NCBI GenBank assembly: GCA_951406725.2
Contig: OX597829.1
Coordinates: 41,478,001 to 41,542,000 of the forward strand
DNA from: Octopus vulgaris
Lineage: Eukaryota
Direction: 5' to 3'
DNA: 64,000 nucleotides
Below are positions 1-12,050 of the stretch, one piece after another. The position numbers and the translations under genes were made by a program. The number at the start of each line of letters is the position of its first letter. Position 1 is the stretch's first letter. Under the pieces are notes generated by a model, which saw nothing but the letters and a program-made list of their open reading frames with translations, had not been told where the DNA came from and searched no databases.

Positions 1-80
1 TATACCAGAGTAAGCACATAAATGTGAAACAAGGTGGAAAAAAAGAGTACGTACTCCAATACCAGAGGTAGAGTAAAATG

Positions 81-182
81 CTTTATTTAAAAGCAGCAGA
101 AATATAACAAAAGCTGTTACTCAGAGTTTCACGTTTCCACTCTGAGTAACTTTTATTATATTTCTGCTGCTTTTAAATAAAG
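81..182. repeat. Inverted repeat (~45 bp arms), probably PLE-terminus derived
   Basis: CTTTATTTAAAAGCAGCAGAAATATAACAAAAGCTGTTACTCAGAGT (81-127) mirrored at 139-182; the minus strand has the HHR 3' half GAAAC-TCTGA-GTA-ACAG. Confidence 0.75.
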
Positions 183-289
<107 letters not shown>

Positions 290-328
290 CTCTGTCTCTT
301 CTCTTCCCTGGATCTTTCCTTCTCCTAT

Positions 329-364
329 GTTTCCGATGAAGAGCTCTGCTCAAAACGTTAAACC
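329..364 (+). ncRNA. Degenerate minimal hammerhead motif in a short dispersed repeat (related copies ~1960-2110 + and ~36160-36365 -)
   Basis: GTTT-CCGATGA-A-GAGC-TCT-GCTC-AAAAC-GTT-AAAC; GAAA is mutated to AAAA. Confidence 0.55.
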
Positions 365-672
365 CTCCTTTCCTTCTTTCCTGAGCGTCCAGTAATACTA
401 TTTTTTGTGCTTTCCTGTTTGGATTAACTATATATATATACACACACACACACACACATACACATATATATATATATAATGATGATAATAATAATAATAA
501 TAATAATAAAGAGTAAAATTAATTAATTAACTAGTAATTAATAATTCCACCAATTAGAATTTGGCATGATAAAAAGACCATTTTTCGGTAAACTTAAACA
601 ATATTTTATAATTATGAGTATAATTATAATTAGGGTTCAGCAAAGATTTGCTTTATGTGGTAAAGCAAATCT

Positions 673-1554
673 TTGCTTCTTTTTAATTCATGCCACCCAA
701 GACACACTAAAACAAACATCCCCTTCAACCTTGCAAGAAGGATATGCACAATAGTGTCAGAACAAAATACCAGGAACTTTAGACTGCAAGAACTCAAAAA
801 CACCCTAATTGACAGACATTACCCAGCTCAACTCATAGAGGATGGGATCAGACGTGCAACAGAAATAAACATAGAAACTTTAAGAAAAGTTCAACACAAC
901 AACATACCTTCCCCGAAAATACTACCTTACATATCTACATACAACCCCAGAAACAAAGAAGCCTTCACCATCATCACCCAGAATTTACCAATACTTCATA
1001 AAAACCCCAAATTAAAGGAAATTCTAAACGTACACCAAATCATTAAAAGCTACAAACAGCCTAAATCACTTAAAAAGATTCTCACAAAGGCAAAATTGTC
1101 TTCTGAAATTACGGATGCAATAGTAAAAAAATGTGGTAGATCGAACTGTGCAACATGTCCTAACCTGCTAGAAGGATCAGAATTCCTCTTTAAAGAGGGA
1201 CAGAAATTCAAGATCAAATCTAACTTTACTTGTGCCTCTGAAAACATAATTTATGTCATAAAATGCTCGGGCTGCCACCAAGACTACGTGGGTTCCACGG
1301 GACTATCACTCAGATGTAGATGCACACTGCATCGACAACAGATTGCATTCCCAGAATATAGAATGATACCTTTTAGTGAGCACATTGAGAAATGCGCAAA
1401 GCAACTACTACCACAATTTTTAATCTTTCCATTTTACCAATGTGCTTTTGGATCATCAACACAAATTAGACTAAACAAGGAAACATTCTTCATTGAAAAG
1501 TACAAGCCCAGACTCAACCATCCGAACATACTGATACAGAGAAATTCACATTAA
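673..1554 (+). CDS. 5'-truncated Penelope-like retroelement ORF: RT thumb, Cys linker and GIY-YIG endonuclease (Neptune-like layout)
   Basis: LLFNSCHPRHTKTNIPFNLARRICTIVS (PLE RT thumb); CGRSNCATC linker; NIIYVIKCSGC..YVGSTG..R..H..H..E..N GIY-YIG motifs; uninterrupted 293-codon frame lacking the RT core. Confidence 0.9.
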   Translation: MLLFNSCHPRHTKTNIPFNLARRICTIVSEQNTRNFRLQELKNTLIDRHYPAQLIEDGIRRATEINIETLRKVQHNNIPSPKILPYISTYNPRNKEAFTIITQNLPILHKNPKLKEILNVHQIIKSYKQPKSLKKILTKAKLSSEITDAIVKKCGRSNCATCPNLLEGSEFLFKEGQKFKIKSNFTCASENIIYVIKCSGCHQDYVGSTGLSLRCRCTLHRQQIAFPEYRMIPFSEHIEKCAKQLLPQFLIFPFYQCAFGSSTQIRLNKETFFIEKYKPRLNHPNILIQRNSH

Positions 1555-1894
1555 GGGAAAGGAAAAAAATTTTTAAGCGATTATCTCCCTTACACCGGAA
1601 GAAATCACCCACTACCTCCCCTTATTTAGAACTCTCGGGAACATAAACACAACAATAACTCTATTCAGCATAAACATAACGTCACAAGAAATTTGAAAAG
1701 CTACACGTGAAACCAGTCTTTCTTTTAATTATGTCATTATAAAGGAAAAAAAATTTTTTTTTAAAATTTTCTAATATTCTTCAGACATATTGACACAAAT
1801 ATATATATATTTTTTAACATTTAAGCCTTCTGTCGTTTTTTCACTCTTTACTATTTTCTATATATTCACCCACGTGCTTTCACAAACCAACTTT

Positions 1895-1942
<48 letters not shown>

Positions 1943-1988
1943 AACATATATATATATTGTCAGACTCTCCTTGTTTTTTTCTGTGTCC

Positions 1989-2024
1989 CTTTCTGTAGAA
2001 GAGCATAGGCTCGAAACGTAAAAG
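1989..2024 (+). ncRNA. Minimal hammerhead-like motif with variant core CUGUAGA
   Basis: CTTT-CTGTAGA-A-GAGC-ATAG-GCTC-GAAAC-GTA-AAAG; stems I and II pair perfectly, core position A6 is U. Confidence 0.55.
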
Positions 2025-2134
2025 ACTTTTTCTAATCCTGAGCGTTATACTAATACATCTGTTTGTTTTGTACACCACCTGTCTTTGTCTTTTGTTTTTT
2101 TTTCGTAAACTCTCCCATAAAGATTCTAACATCA

Positions 2135-2465
2135 CCATCAAAATACAGGTCCAGATACTGCAACAGCTTGGGTTTCAGAGGACCACAGCTCTTTAACATC
2201 TTCCCTAAATGCCTGAGAGATTTACATGGTGTGGATGTGGGTTTCTTTAAAACTAAACTGGATCTCTTCTTGTCGGGGGTCCCAGATGAACCTACCTCAC
2301 GACAGGAGACACAGATGCGGGCAGCAGCATCAAACTCCCTTGTTGATCAAGTGCCACGTATCAGAAGTGGACTCACATATTAGTGTAGCTCATTCAGCGG
2401 TGGTGCCCCAGCATGGCCGCGGCCTTCGGGCTAAAACATTTTTAAGGATTTAAAAATTTAAGGAT
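2135..2465 (+). mobile_element. 3' end of a CR1-group LINE (ORF2 C-terminus, 3' UTR and (TTTAAGGA)n tail)
   Basis: NSLGFRGPQLFNIFPKCLRDL..FKTKLDLFLSGVPDEP..AAASNSL, followed by a short tandem-repeat tail. Confidence 0.8.
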
Positions 2466-3102
2466 ATGTAATATAGTCTGACAATAGCTTAGCTGACTGA
2501 AACTTCAAGGTCACTGTTAACAACATTCTAAACATAATAAATTTGTACTCTACAAAACTATAGAGTTATCCATCAGATTAATGTAAAATTGTTTTTATTA
2601 TAACTGAACTTAAGAAACATTTATACATATATGTATGCAAGTGTGTGTGTGTTTAATGTCACATGTAGGAAAAATATTATCATGTAAAGTCATGTTTTAC
2701 GTGTTTGTTTGTAATTGACCATGATAAGACTGAATGCTACAAGAATAGTCCTGAGAAAAAAATTTCCACCTAGACTGCTTGTGTTTTGAAGTTTGCTATC
2801 CTTTGTGGTAAGGACAAACTTGTTAACATGATCTAAATGTATTCAACCCTGAAGCATCTCACAGCACATTTATGGTGTGAACATTTTCATTCTCTCTTAT
2901 ATTGTTGCTGCTTTGGACAGAATCCCTCTTCCGAGAGAGGAAAGAAGAGAAAGAGAGAGACAGACAGATAGAGGGAGAAACAGAGAGAGTGGGGTGGCTT
3001 CTGCTAGAGACATTATATTCTCTTCTTTCTCATTGCATAAAATTTTTTTTTCCCATTTTGTGCACTCTATGTATTACTTTTACCAGTACTATTAGTAATT
3101 CA

Positions 3103-3264
3103 GGTGCAGGAGTGGCTGTGTGGTAAGTAGCTTGCTTACCAACCACATGGTTCCGGGTTCAGTCCCACTGTGTGGGCCCTTAGGCAAGTGTATTCTACTA
3201 TACCCTCAAGCTGACCAAAGCCTTGTGAGTGGATTTGGTAGATGGAAACTGAAAGAAGCCTGTC

Positions 3265-3299
<35 letters not shown>

Positions 3300-3484
3300 T
3301 GTGTGAAAACCGATGCTGGTATGTTTACATCCCCGTAACTTACCGGTTTGGCAAAAGAGACCAATAGAATAAGTACTAGGCTTACAAAGAATAAGTCCTT
3401 GGGTCGATTTCCTCGACTAAAAAAGCGGTGCTCCAGCATGGCCACAGCCAAATGACTGAAACAAGTAAAAGAGTAAAAGAGTAA
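3103..3484 (+). mobile_element. tRNA-derived SINE family A (internal microsatellite, (GTAAAAGA)n tail)
   Basis: A/B-box-like head TGGCTGTGTGG...GGTTCAGTCCC; many near-identical copies in the window. Confidence 0.9.
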
Positions 3485-3908
3485 TACATAATATTAGTAT
3501 TACTATTACTGTTTGCTGATACCCAATCACCATTAGTTTCATTAGTATTATAGTTTTTAACTCATCTATTCTCCAATAATTGAAAAATGTTTCCCCGTGT
3601 ATCAACCTCATCTTCTATATTTCTATTTAGATAAGATAAAATCCCCAATTGTCGCCATGTGTCTTATCTCTCAATATCTCTCAAACTGGATTTGCACTCA
3701 ACACACATTTAAAAATCTTTATTCTTTTGGATAACCATGTTCAGTTTTTTTCAGCAGTAGCAACAATGATGGTTGAAATTAATTGCCCGACTTACATATT
3801 GGCCAATCAGTAAAAGCTATATATATATATTTTTTGATACTTTTTATTTTTTTAACTTTTTTTTTGCAGTCATTGCACTGCCCTGATGAGTTCAGTCAAA
3901 CAAACATT

Positions 3909-4326
3909 GGATCTTTTTGGTTTGAACGGCAGTTTTTAACATAATTTCTAGGTAACAAAAAATTTTAAACTCCGTATACTGGTAGAATGTGTTTATAAAA
4001 CATCTTTTTCTCTTGGCTTTATTGAGAAAATTCTATAGTTTGTAAGATATTTGTTGTTTTTTTCTTCAAGTTCTGCAATTTCAACCAATCAAATACGTCT
4101 ATTGAGGTAAAAAACATTCTGTGCTGTATGAATATGTCCCTCGTTTAAGAAACAGATTGGGTTTATTTACATTTGTGAAGAAAAAAAGATACCCTTACCC
4201 CCACCCCTAACCATAACCCTAACCCTAAAACAGATTGAAATGCAATAGATTGATAGGATCATAATTATGGGTGACAATTTCATATGACACCGCTAGAAAA
4301 AACTGCCGTTCAAACCGAAAAGATCC
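3909..4326. mobile_element. MITE with ~29 bp TIRs and 8 bp TSD (Merlin- or hAT-like)
   Basis: GGATCTTTTTGGTTTGAACGGCAGTTTTT / AAAAACTGCCGTTCAAACCGAAAAGATCC; TSD CAAACATT at 3901-3908 and 4327-4334. Confidence 0.9.
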
Positions 4327-5025
4327 CAAACATTCCCAAATACTTACTCTTTTTTATAGCCTAATACTTATTTTGTTAGTCACTTTGGACAAACTGCTAA
4401 GTTACAGGGATGTAAACAAACCAGCATCTGTTTTTCAAACAGTGTGGGAACAAATACAAAGACACACCAGTATCAGTGTAGGTAAATGTTGAACTATGTA
4501 GTTAAGTAGTTCTTTAGCAATTCTCTGCTTCTGGGTTAAATTCCACAGCATAACTCTTTGACAAAGAATTTTCAACTTTACCCTGAAGTCAACCTGAGTC
4601 TTGTAAAAAGAATTAAGACAAGAATTGTGTGGATGACTTTTGGATGAATTCTACATATTCTTGGGAGGGATTTTTAATCTATGTCCTTTTTGCATTCAGA
4701 TTACTTTATCAAATATAATATTTATTTATTCACATTGCTTAGAATGAATCCTGCATTATCTTGCAGCTTTGAGATTTTAATGATTTGATAGTCTATTTTC
4801 AGAATGACACTGTAAGGTAGGTGTGAGATGCTAAATCAAGCCAGTTTGAACATAAAACAGGTAGAATATTTGGGTCAGATATGATCAGCTTAAATGCTAG
4901 GAGTTTGTGGTATTATGCTTAACTGCCACAACTCCTACATCTTCCCTGAACTGGGGTGGTTGTGCCTGTCAAACACCCTAGTTATAGACTATATAGTAGA
5001 AACTATATAGGCGAATAGAAACTAT

Positions 5026-5258
5026 AAGGCGGCGAGCTGGCAGAACCATTAGCATGCCGGGCGAAATGCGTAGTCGTATTTCGTCTGCCGTTACGTTCTG
5101 AGTTCAAATTCCGCCGAGGTCGATTTTGCCTTTCATCCTTTCAGGGTCGATAAATTAGGTACCAGTTACGCACTGGGGTTAATGTAATCGACTTAATCCG
5201 TTTGTCTGTCCTTGTTTGTCCCCTCTATGTTTAGCCCCTTGTGGGTAATAAAGAAACA
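5026..5258 (+). mobile_element. SINE family B (tRNA-like head plus conserved GCCTTTCATCCTTTCGGGGTCGATAAA central domain)
   Basis: B box GAGTTCAAATTCC; multiple copies in the window; flanking repeat TATATAGTAGAAACT. Confidence 0.85.
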
Positions 5259-5719
5259 TATATAGTAGAAACTGGCCTTGTCCCTAAGGCAATGGGACTT
5301 GCAGGAAGGCCAACTCCTAGACATATCATGTAGAACTACTGGTATATAGACATGCTCTGATATCATATGAAGTAGTCACCTTGTGTAAAGGATGAATAGG
5401 TTTGTGACTCAAGAGTAAACTTTGGAGAGGGTAAGAAATTAGCAGAGTAAATTAGTAAACTGAAAAACAAACCTAGAGAAGACATTAGTAAATCTACAGT
5501 GGTGGTTTCCCATTGTCTTCTTTCCATGATCTTCCCATTCATATGTTGGCATGACATATGAAAAAAAAAAAAAAAAGAAAATTGCTTAGCCATTTTGATA
5601 ACAATCTGCCCGAGACTACTTCTGGTTCTAGGATACAAACTTCCTATTTCAACAGGGATCTGAATTAAAACCAACCACCAAAATTTCTTGCTAATTTTGT
5701 TCCAAATACCAGCTTAATA

Positions 5720-6140
5720 ATCAAATTTTGGTAAAAGGCCAACAGTTTCAGCAGAAGGGGTATGTATATTATATCAACTCCAGTACCCAGCTGCTACTTT
5801 TTTTATTGACCCCCAAAAGGATGAAAGGCAATGTTAACCTTGACAGAATTTGAACTCAGAACATAAAGATGGACAAAATACTACTAAGCATTTTACCTGG
5901 TGTGCTAATGATTCTGCCAACTTGCTATCTTAAACACTAACTTAATAATCCTTTCTACTAAAGGCACAAGGCCTGAAATTTTTTTTGTGGGGGACTAGTC
6001 AATTACATCTATCTCAGTGTTCCACTGATACTTAATTTATTGACCCTGAAAGAATGAAATGCAAGGTCGACCTCAACGAAATTTGAACCCAGAATACATT
6101 TTACCTGGTGTGCTAATGATTCTGCCAGCTCACCACCTGG
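5720..6140 (-). mobile_element. Two older SINE-B-related copies nested in a decayed piggyBac-type MITE
   Basis: Reverse complement of the SINE B core twice; flanks 5670-5720 and 6140-6250 resemble the 7677-7897 MITE. Confidence 0.6.
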
Positions 6141-6489
6141 AACACCAACTTTATAATTACAGTTATTTCACTAAATTCTTCATTATTTTCAAAATTACTT
6201 GAAACAAAGGCCTTGTATTTTAACAGAAGAATGGTAACAAAAGGATTAACCTGTTGCCCAGTTTAACACCATTACTTGATCCTTTTATGTACTTTAGCAG
6301 AGTCCATTCTATTGCAGATATTCTGACTAGGCTCTCTGGTATGATGATAATTCTGTGTCATCCTCCCACCACTAACATCACCACTCATCTTGATACCCCA
6401 CATAAAGTTGTGAGTACTGCGGAAAATAAAAAAAAGAAGAATTTTGTTGAAGAATTATCTTCCAGAACAATCATTTAGCTTGGAAATTA

Positions 6490-6620
6490 TTTTACTGAGG
6501 AATTTTTTTTTCTCTCTTTTTTTTTGCTGAGGAATTTATTTTGTCGAAGAATTAATTTGCCAAGGATTTATTTTGCTGAAGAATTAATTTGCTGAAGAAT
6601 TATACTACTGGAGAATTATT
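6490..6620. repeat. Degenerate ~16-bp minisatellite (TTTGCTGAAGAATTAA-like)
   Basis: Visible tandem units. Confidence 0.7.
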
Positions 6621-7676
6621 TCTTTTCACATAAGAGTACTTGGCAAAATAAGCATTATAAGGATGGGGGAGAAAACGATCTGAATGCTATAGCTTTTAAT
6701 GCTGAGAAAATATTTGTTTGAATGTTGGAAGATAAATCAATAAACGTATTGAAAACTCTTAAATGCAAATCTTTATTGATACAGCATCTGATTCAATATT
6801 TAACATTTGCAATGTTTGTATTTGGGAAATCAATGCATTTGTTCAGATTTTCCTGAAATGCAGTTCTTTATGCTGATTCAATATACTGAAGTGAACTCTC
6901 TCAGATCAATCAATAAAGATTAAACCCATTCAGCATTAGTAAAATACTTTCGTCTTCTTTATTTTTATATATTTTCTAATACTTTTTTTTTTTCTAGCTT
7001 ATCAATCCATTGATCATTGGATTTTAAAGATTTCTCATACTTTCCCCAAAACAAATCTCATTTAGATAGCATTCTCAAGCAAGAAAACATTCAGAAAAAT
7101 TTTTACATTATGTTTATAAATTTTCCGAATCCTATAACCTTATCTTATAGTATTTATTTTATCTTCAATACTTATTTATTAAATACCGCATTATCAATAT
7201 GATATTATCATAATGAATTTTCATATAAATTATCTATACACATATATACATACATGCACACACCATGCATGTGCAGACTCATGCATGATTGCACACATGC
7301 ATGTGTACATTCATGCATATATGCATGCACATATGAGCATAAACATAGCCACACACACACATACACATATACAAACATACACATCCTCTTTGTAAATTCA
7401 GTGTGTTTCCTTATACTTAATGAGACTGTAAGTATTGTCCAGAATTCTACTGGGATAGCCATTAATGTTATGCTCTCAGAATGATGATACCATAGGAAAA
7501 AGTACATAAAGGATAGATAAATTAATAAATAAAGTAAAACAAAGCACATTATCATCATCATAATAATAATATGTCCATTTTCCATACTGACATGCATTAG
7601 ACGGCTTGCCTGGAACTGGTAAACCAAAAAGTTGCGCCAGGCTCCAGTTTGTTTCAGCTCAGTTTCTACAGCTTAA

Positions 7677-7897
7677 CCCTTTTGTGACCAACCCGGCTGA
7701 AACCGGCCCTGGATCTGAGTACAAATGTCTTGTTTCCATAAGTATTAAATTAAAATCTTCCACCAAACCTTAGTCACAATTTATGTTCCTAACACTAGCT
7801 TAATGGTAACTAAGTTATTTTACTCAATTCTTTGTTATATCTAAAATTAATTGAAAGAAACACAGAGCATCTCAAAATAAATACAGTAACGAAAGGG
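7677..7897. mobile_element. piggyBac-type MITE, copy 1
   Basis: TTAA|CCCTTT...AAAGGG|TTAA. Confidence 0.85.
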
Positions 7898-7928
7898 TTA
7901 AAATATATAATAGAGAAACAATTCTTAA

Positions 7929-8142
7929 CCCTTTTGACACTGACCTGGCTGAAACTGGCTCTAAGTACAAATGTCTTGTTTCCATAAGTTTTGAATTAAA
8001 ATCTTCTACCAAACCTTAGTCACAATTTATGTTCCTAACACTAGCTGAATGGTAACTAAGTTATTTTACTAAATTCTTTGTTATATTTAAAGTAATTGAA
8101 AGAAACACAAAGCATTTCAAAATAAATACAGTAACGAAAGGG
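7929..8142. mobile_element. piggyBac-type MITE, copy 2 (tandem)
   Basis: TTAA|CCCTTT...AAAGGG|TTAA, highly similar to copy 1. Confidence 0.85.
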
Positions 8143-8530
8143 TTAATGCCCTCCTAATGCCAACTACTCCACAGCATGTACCAAGTGCCTTCTATGTATC
8201 ACTGGCACAAGTGCCCTTAATGTATCAATGGCATGAGCACAAAATTTACTAATAATACATTCAGTGTTTTTGGAGTTGGAGAACACTACTTCATAAGCCT
8301 CATTATACTACATGTATTATACTACATGTTTTACATGAAAATACATGTAGCAATGTATTTTCAACGTACATTTTTTTTCATTAATGCAGTGTAGATTATG
8401 ACAGGTTTATGTAATTTGATGATTCAGTAAATATTCTTTGCTCCTCTAGGCACAAGGCCTGAAATTTTTGGGCAAGGGGTGGCGCAGTCAATTTGATCAA
8501 CTCCAGTATGCAACTGGTACTTAATTTTTA

Positions 8531-8762
8531 AGGTAGTGAGCTGGCAGAAACATTAGCATGCCAGGCGAAATGTGTAGCCGTATTTCGTCTACCGTTACAT
8601 TCTGAGTCCAAATTCCGCCGAGGTTGACTTTGCCTTTCATCCTTTCGGGATCGATGAATTAAGTACCAGTTATGCACTGGGGTCGATGGAATCAACTTAA
8701 TCTGTTTGTCTGTCCTTGTTTGTCCCTTCTGTGTTTAGCCTCTTGTGGGTAGTAAAGAAATA
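8531..8762 (+). mobile_element. SINE family B inserted into an oppositely oriented older SINE (8435-8900)
   Basis: Match to 5026-5258; the flanks join into a minus-strand SINE core. Confidence 0.8.
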
Positions 8763-9464
8763 GGTACTTATTTAATCGACCCCGAAAGGATGAAAGGCAA
8801 AGTCGACCTCGGAGGAATTTGAACTCATAAAGATGGACAAAATACTGGAATGCCTTTAAGTAGTTTGCTCAGCATGCTAACAATTCTTTCAGCTCACCAT
8901 TTTAATGTGTCTAGAAATATTAACAAAAGGTGTGGTTCTGTGATAAGTTTACTTTCCAGCCATTTGGTTCTGAATTCAATCTCATTGCATGGCACCTTGG
9001 GCAAGTGGGCCTTCTACTAATAGCACCAAGCTGGTCAAAGCCTTATGAGTGCATTTGTCAGATGGAAACTGAGAGAAGCCTGTCATGTGTGTAAATATGT
9101 GTGGCTATATATAAATATATATATATATATATATTTATACATACATACACACATATATCATCATCATTTAATATTTATTAACTCTAAATAAAAAAAACCC
9201 ATAGTCTTTGGATTCTAAAACTCTTAAAAAGGTTGATTTTATAGTTTTGGCACTTTTTAAAGGTGTCTTTCAGTGGTTTTAGAACAAAAACTTCTTTTTT
9301 TTTTTCTATAATAAAAATTCACATTCATGGTTTATTGATAACTTCCATTACATTTTTAAACAATTAACTAATTAACAGTTATCGAAGTTAACATTTTGGT
9401 TACTGGATTAATGGTTAACGAAGTTAACTTTTCAATTAACAGTGCCCACCTTTGTATAATATAT

Positions 9465-9797
9465 TATTATGGCTGCCCCCTCGTTATCGAGTATGGCTAT
9501 TGCACGAAGCTTAACTGTTACTGGTGCTGTGATCGAATGTGACTTTTTAGCCCAGCTAAAGATCTACAATGTCTTGTACAGAATTGGCAAGCTAAAACCT
9601 TTACCTGGCAATAGCTGGCTGTAGTTGTAACTGGGCTTCATGTACCTTTGCATGTTGTTTAAGTCCTCCTGCCGAATTACACTCTCTTCCACATGCCCGA
9701 CAGATATGATTAGTATGGTGTGTTACACCACCACCAGTGGCCAGGTTGTCACTCATCTGTCTCACTTTATGCCTACGAAGATGACTCTTGAGTCCAG
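9465..9797 (-). mobile_element. RTE-clade LINE 3' end with C-terminal C2H2 fingers
   Basis: GLKSHLRRH...CRACGRECNSAGGLKQHAKVH; the 3' terminus is shared with 18955-19000. Confidence 0.7.
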
Positions 9798-9801
9798 TAT
9801 A

Positions 9802-9832
<31 letters not shown>

Positions 9833-10779
9833 CACACACATACACACATATACACACCCACATATATACACCCATATATACACTCACATATACATAAGTA
9901 TCACAATGGAATTTCAATATCTTTTTAACATGTTGTCCATTGAATGAAAGATAAATGATGATAATATGTTAAAAGAACTTGCATGGTTGATCTAATTCCA
10001 TTGCAAAAGCAAGAATGGCATGGTCTTGAGCAGGTATTAGGTTCTGCTTTATACTTTCTTATCTAAAGAAATATTTTTTCCTGCTGTGTTTGTTTTGGAA
10101 ACACTGCTACATAGCTATAGAACTATTTTGAGAATGAAAGGAACATATTTTTCTTTTTTTATTTTCCAGGTCTGGTAGTGCACTGAATAATATCAGACAC
10201 AATAATAAACTCATTCGAACATCTGGACATTATAAACTTAGTGAAAAATGGCAGGAAAGAACCCAGTTATTTTCTTTATTTCTATTTCGTTAACAAATAT
10301 GTTGCGATATAAACATATTCGCTATTAATAGTCATTATGGTAGTATGCACGAGAGGACATATAACCTCGTCCCATGAGCCAAAAAAAAAAAAAGAAAAAA
10401 AAAAAGAAAAGTATGTTTCATGTGTGAGAGTATCTTTGAGGAGATATCAAAAGAACACTCAGAATTAGATGTAGCTTTGATGAAAAGATCTCAAAAGACT
10501 GGCCAAATTTTTGTTAGAATGCAAGAACACATGAAAGATATTGGTGTCTGGTCATAAAATAAATTGAAATGACGAGGGAAATATACTCAGAAGCAGCAGT
10601 TGCTGCATGAAAATTAATGGTGAAGTAAGTGCTAACGTATTTGATGTAGGGAAACAAGATGTTGTGAAATGATTAAAAACTACACTCTTAGTGACGGGTA
10701 AAAGTCATTAACTGAATGATTAATTTTAGCGGTAAAAGATACAAGAGGCAGCTCGGAAGTGAAATTCATCATAGTTGTC

Positions 10780-12014
10780 TCATTGTCATCATCATCATCA
10801 TCATTGTTGTTGTCATCGTTGTTGTTGTCATTATCATGTTTAACTTCACCTTTATCATCATAACCATCATCATTATTATTGACATTGTCCTCCTCCTCCT
10901 CCTCATCATCATCGTCGTCATCGTTGTTGTTGTTGTCATCATGTTTAACTTCACCATTATCATCATAACCATCATCATTATTATTGACATTGTCCTCCTC
11001 CTCCTCCTCCTCCTCATCATCATCATCATCGTCGTCATCATTGTTGTTGTTGTCATTATCATGTTTAACTTCAACTTTATCATCATAACCATCATCATTA
11101 TTATTGACATTGTCCTCCTCCTCCTCCTCCTCCTCCTCCTCCTCATCATCATCATCGTCGTCATCATTGTTGTTGTTGTCATTATCATGTTTAACTTCAA
11201 CTTTATCATCATAACCATCATCATTATTATTGACATTGTCCTCCTCCTCCTCCTCCTCCTCCTCCTCATCATCATCATCGTCGTCATCATTGTTGTTGTT
11301 GTCATTATCATGTTTAACTTCACCTTTATCATCATAACCATCATCATTATTATTGACATTGCCCTCCTCCTCCTCCTCCTCATCATCATCATCGTCGTCG
11401 TTGTTGTTGTTGTCATCATGTTTAACTTCACCATTATCATCATAACCATCATCATTATTATTGACATTGTCCTCCTCCTCCTCCTCCTCCTCCTCATCAT
11501 CATCATCGTCATTGTTGTTGTCATTATCATGTTTAACTTCACCATTATCATCATAATCATCATCATCATTATTGACATTGTCCTCCTCGTCGTCATCGTC
11601 CTCCTCCTCCTCATCATCATCACCACCTCTACCACCACCACCAACTTCATCATCATCAATTTCATCTTCTTCATTGTCAACATTGTTGTTATCATCATCA
11701 TAATCGTTGCCATCATCATAATTGTCAACATCATCATTGTCATCATCATCATCATCCCCATCCCCATCATCATCATCATCGTCATCGTTATCATTGTCAT
11801 CATCGTCATCATCATCGTCATTGTCGTCGTCGTCGTCGTCGTCATCGTCATCATCATCAACATCATCAACATCATTGCCGCCGTCGTCATTATCATTATT
11901 GCCATTGTTGTCATCACCGTCGTCGTTATCATCATCATCATCATCGTTGTCATCATTTCCACCATCATCATTATTGTTATCATCATCATCATTATCGTTG
12001 TCATCATCATCATT

Positions 12015-12047
<33 letters not shown>

Positions 12048-12050
12048 GTT
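10780..12050. repeat. Compound trinucleotide repeat with 7 higher-order units of ~105-126 bp
   Basis: Anchor CATGTTTAACTTCA at ~10835, 10940, 11060, 11186, 11309, 11417 and 11528, with variable (CCT)n/(CAT)n/(GTT)n tracts. Confidence 0.9.

Noticed and set aside
3883-3908. Hammerhead at CTGATGAGTT
   Set aside because: No GAAA and no stem I partner after removing the MITE.
4205-4227. Telomere or chromosome fusion site
   Set aside because: Only about four imperfect units, inside a MITE.
9601-9861. Host C2H2 zinc-finger gene
   Set aside because: No TGEKP linkers, 5'-truncated at a microsatellite and followed by a dispersed retroelement terminus; better explained as an RTE C-terminus.
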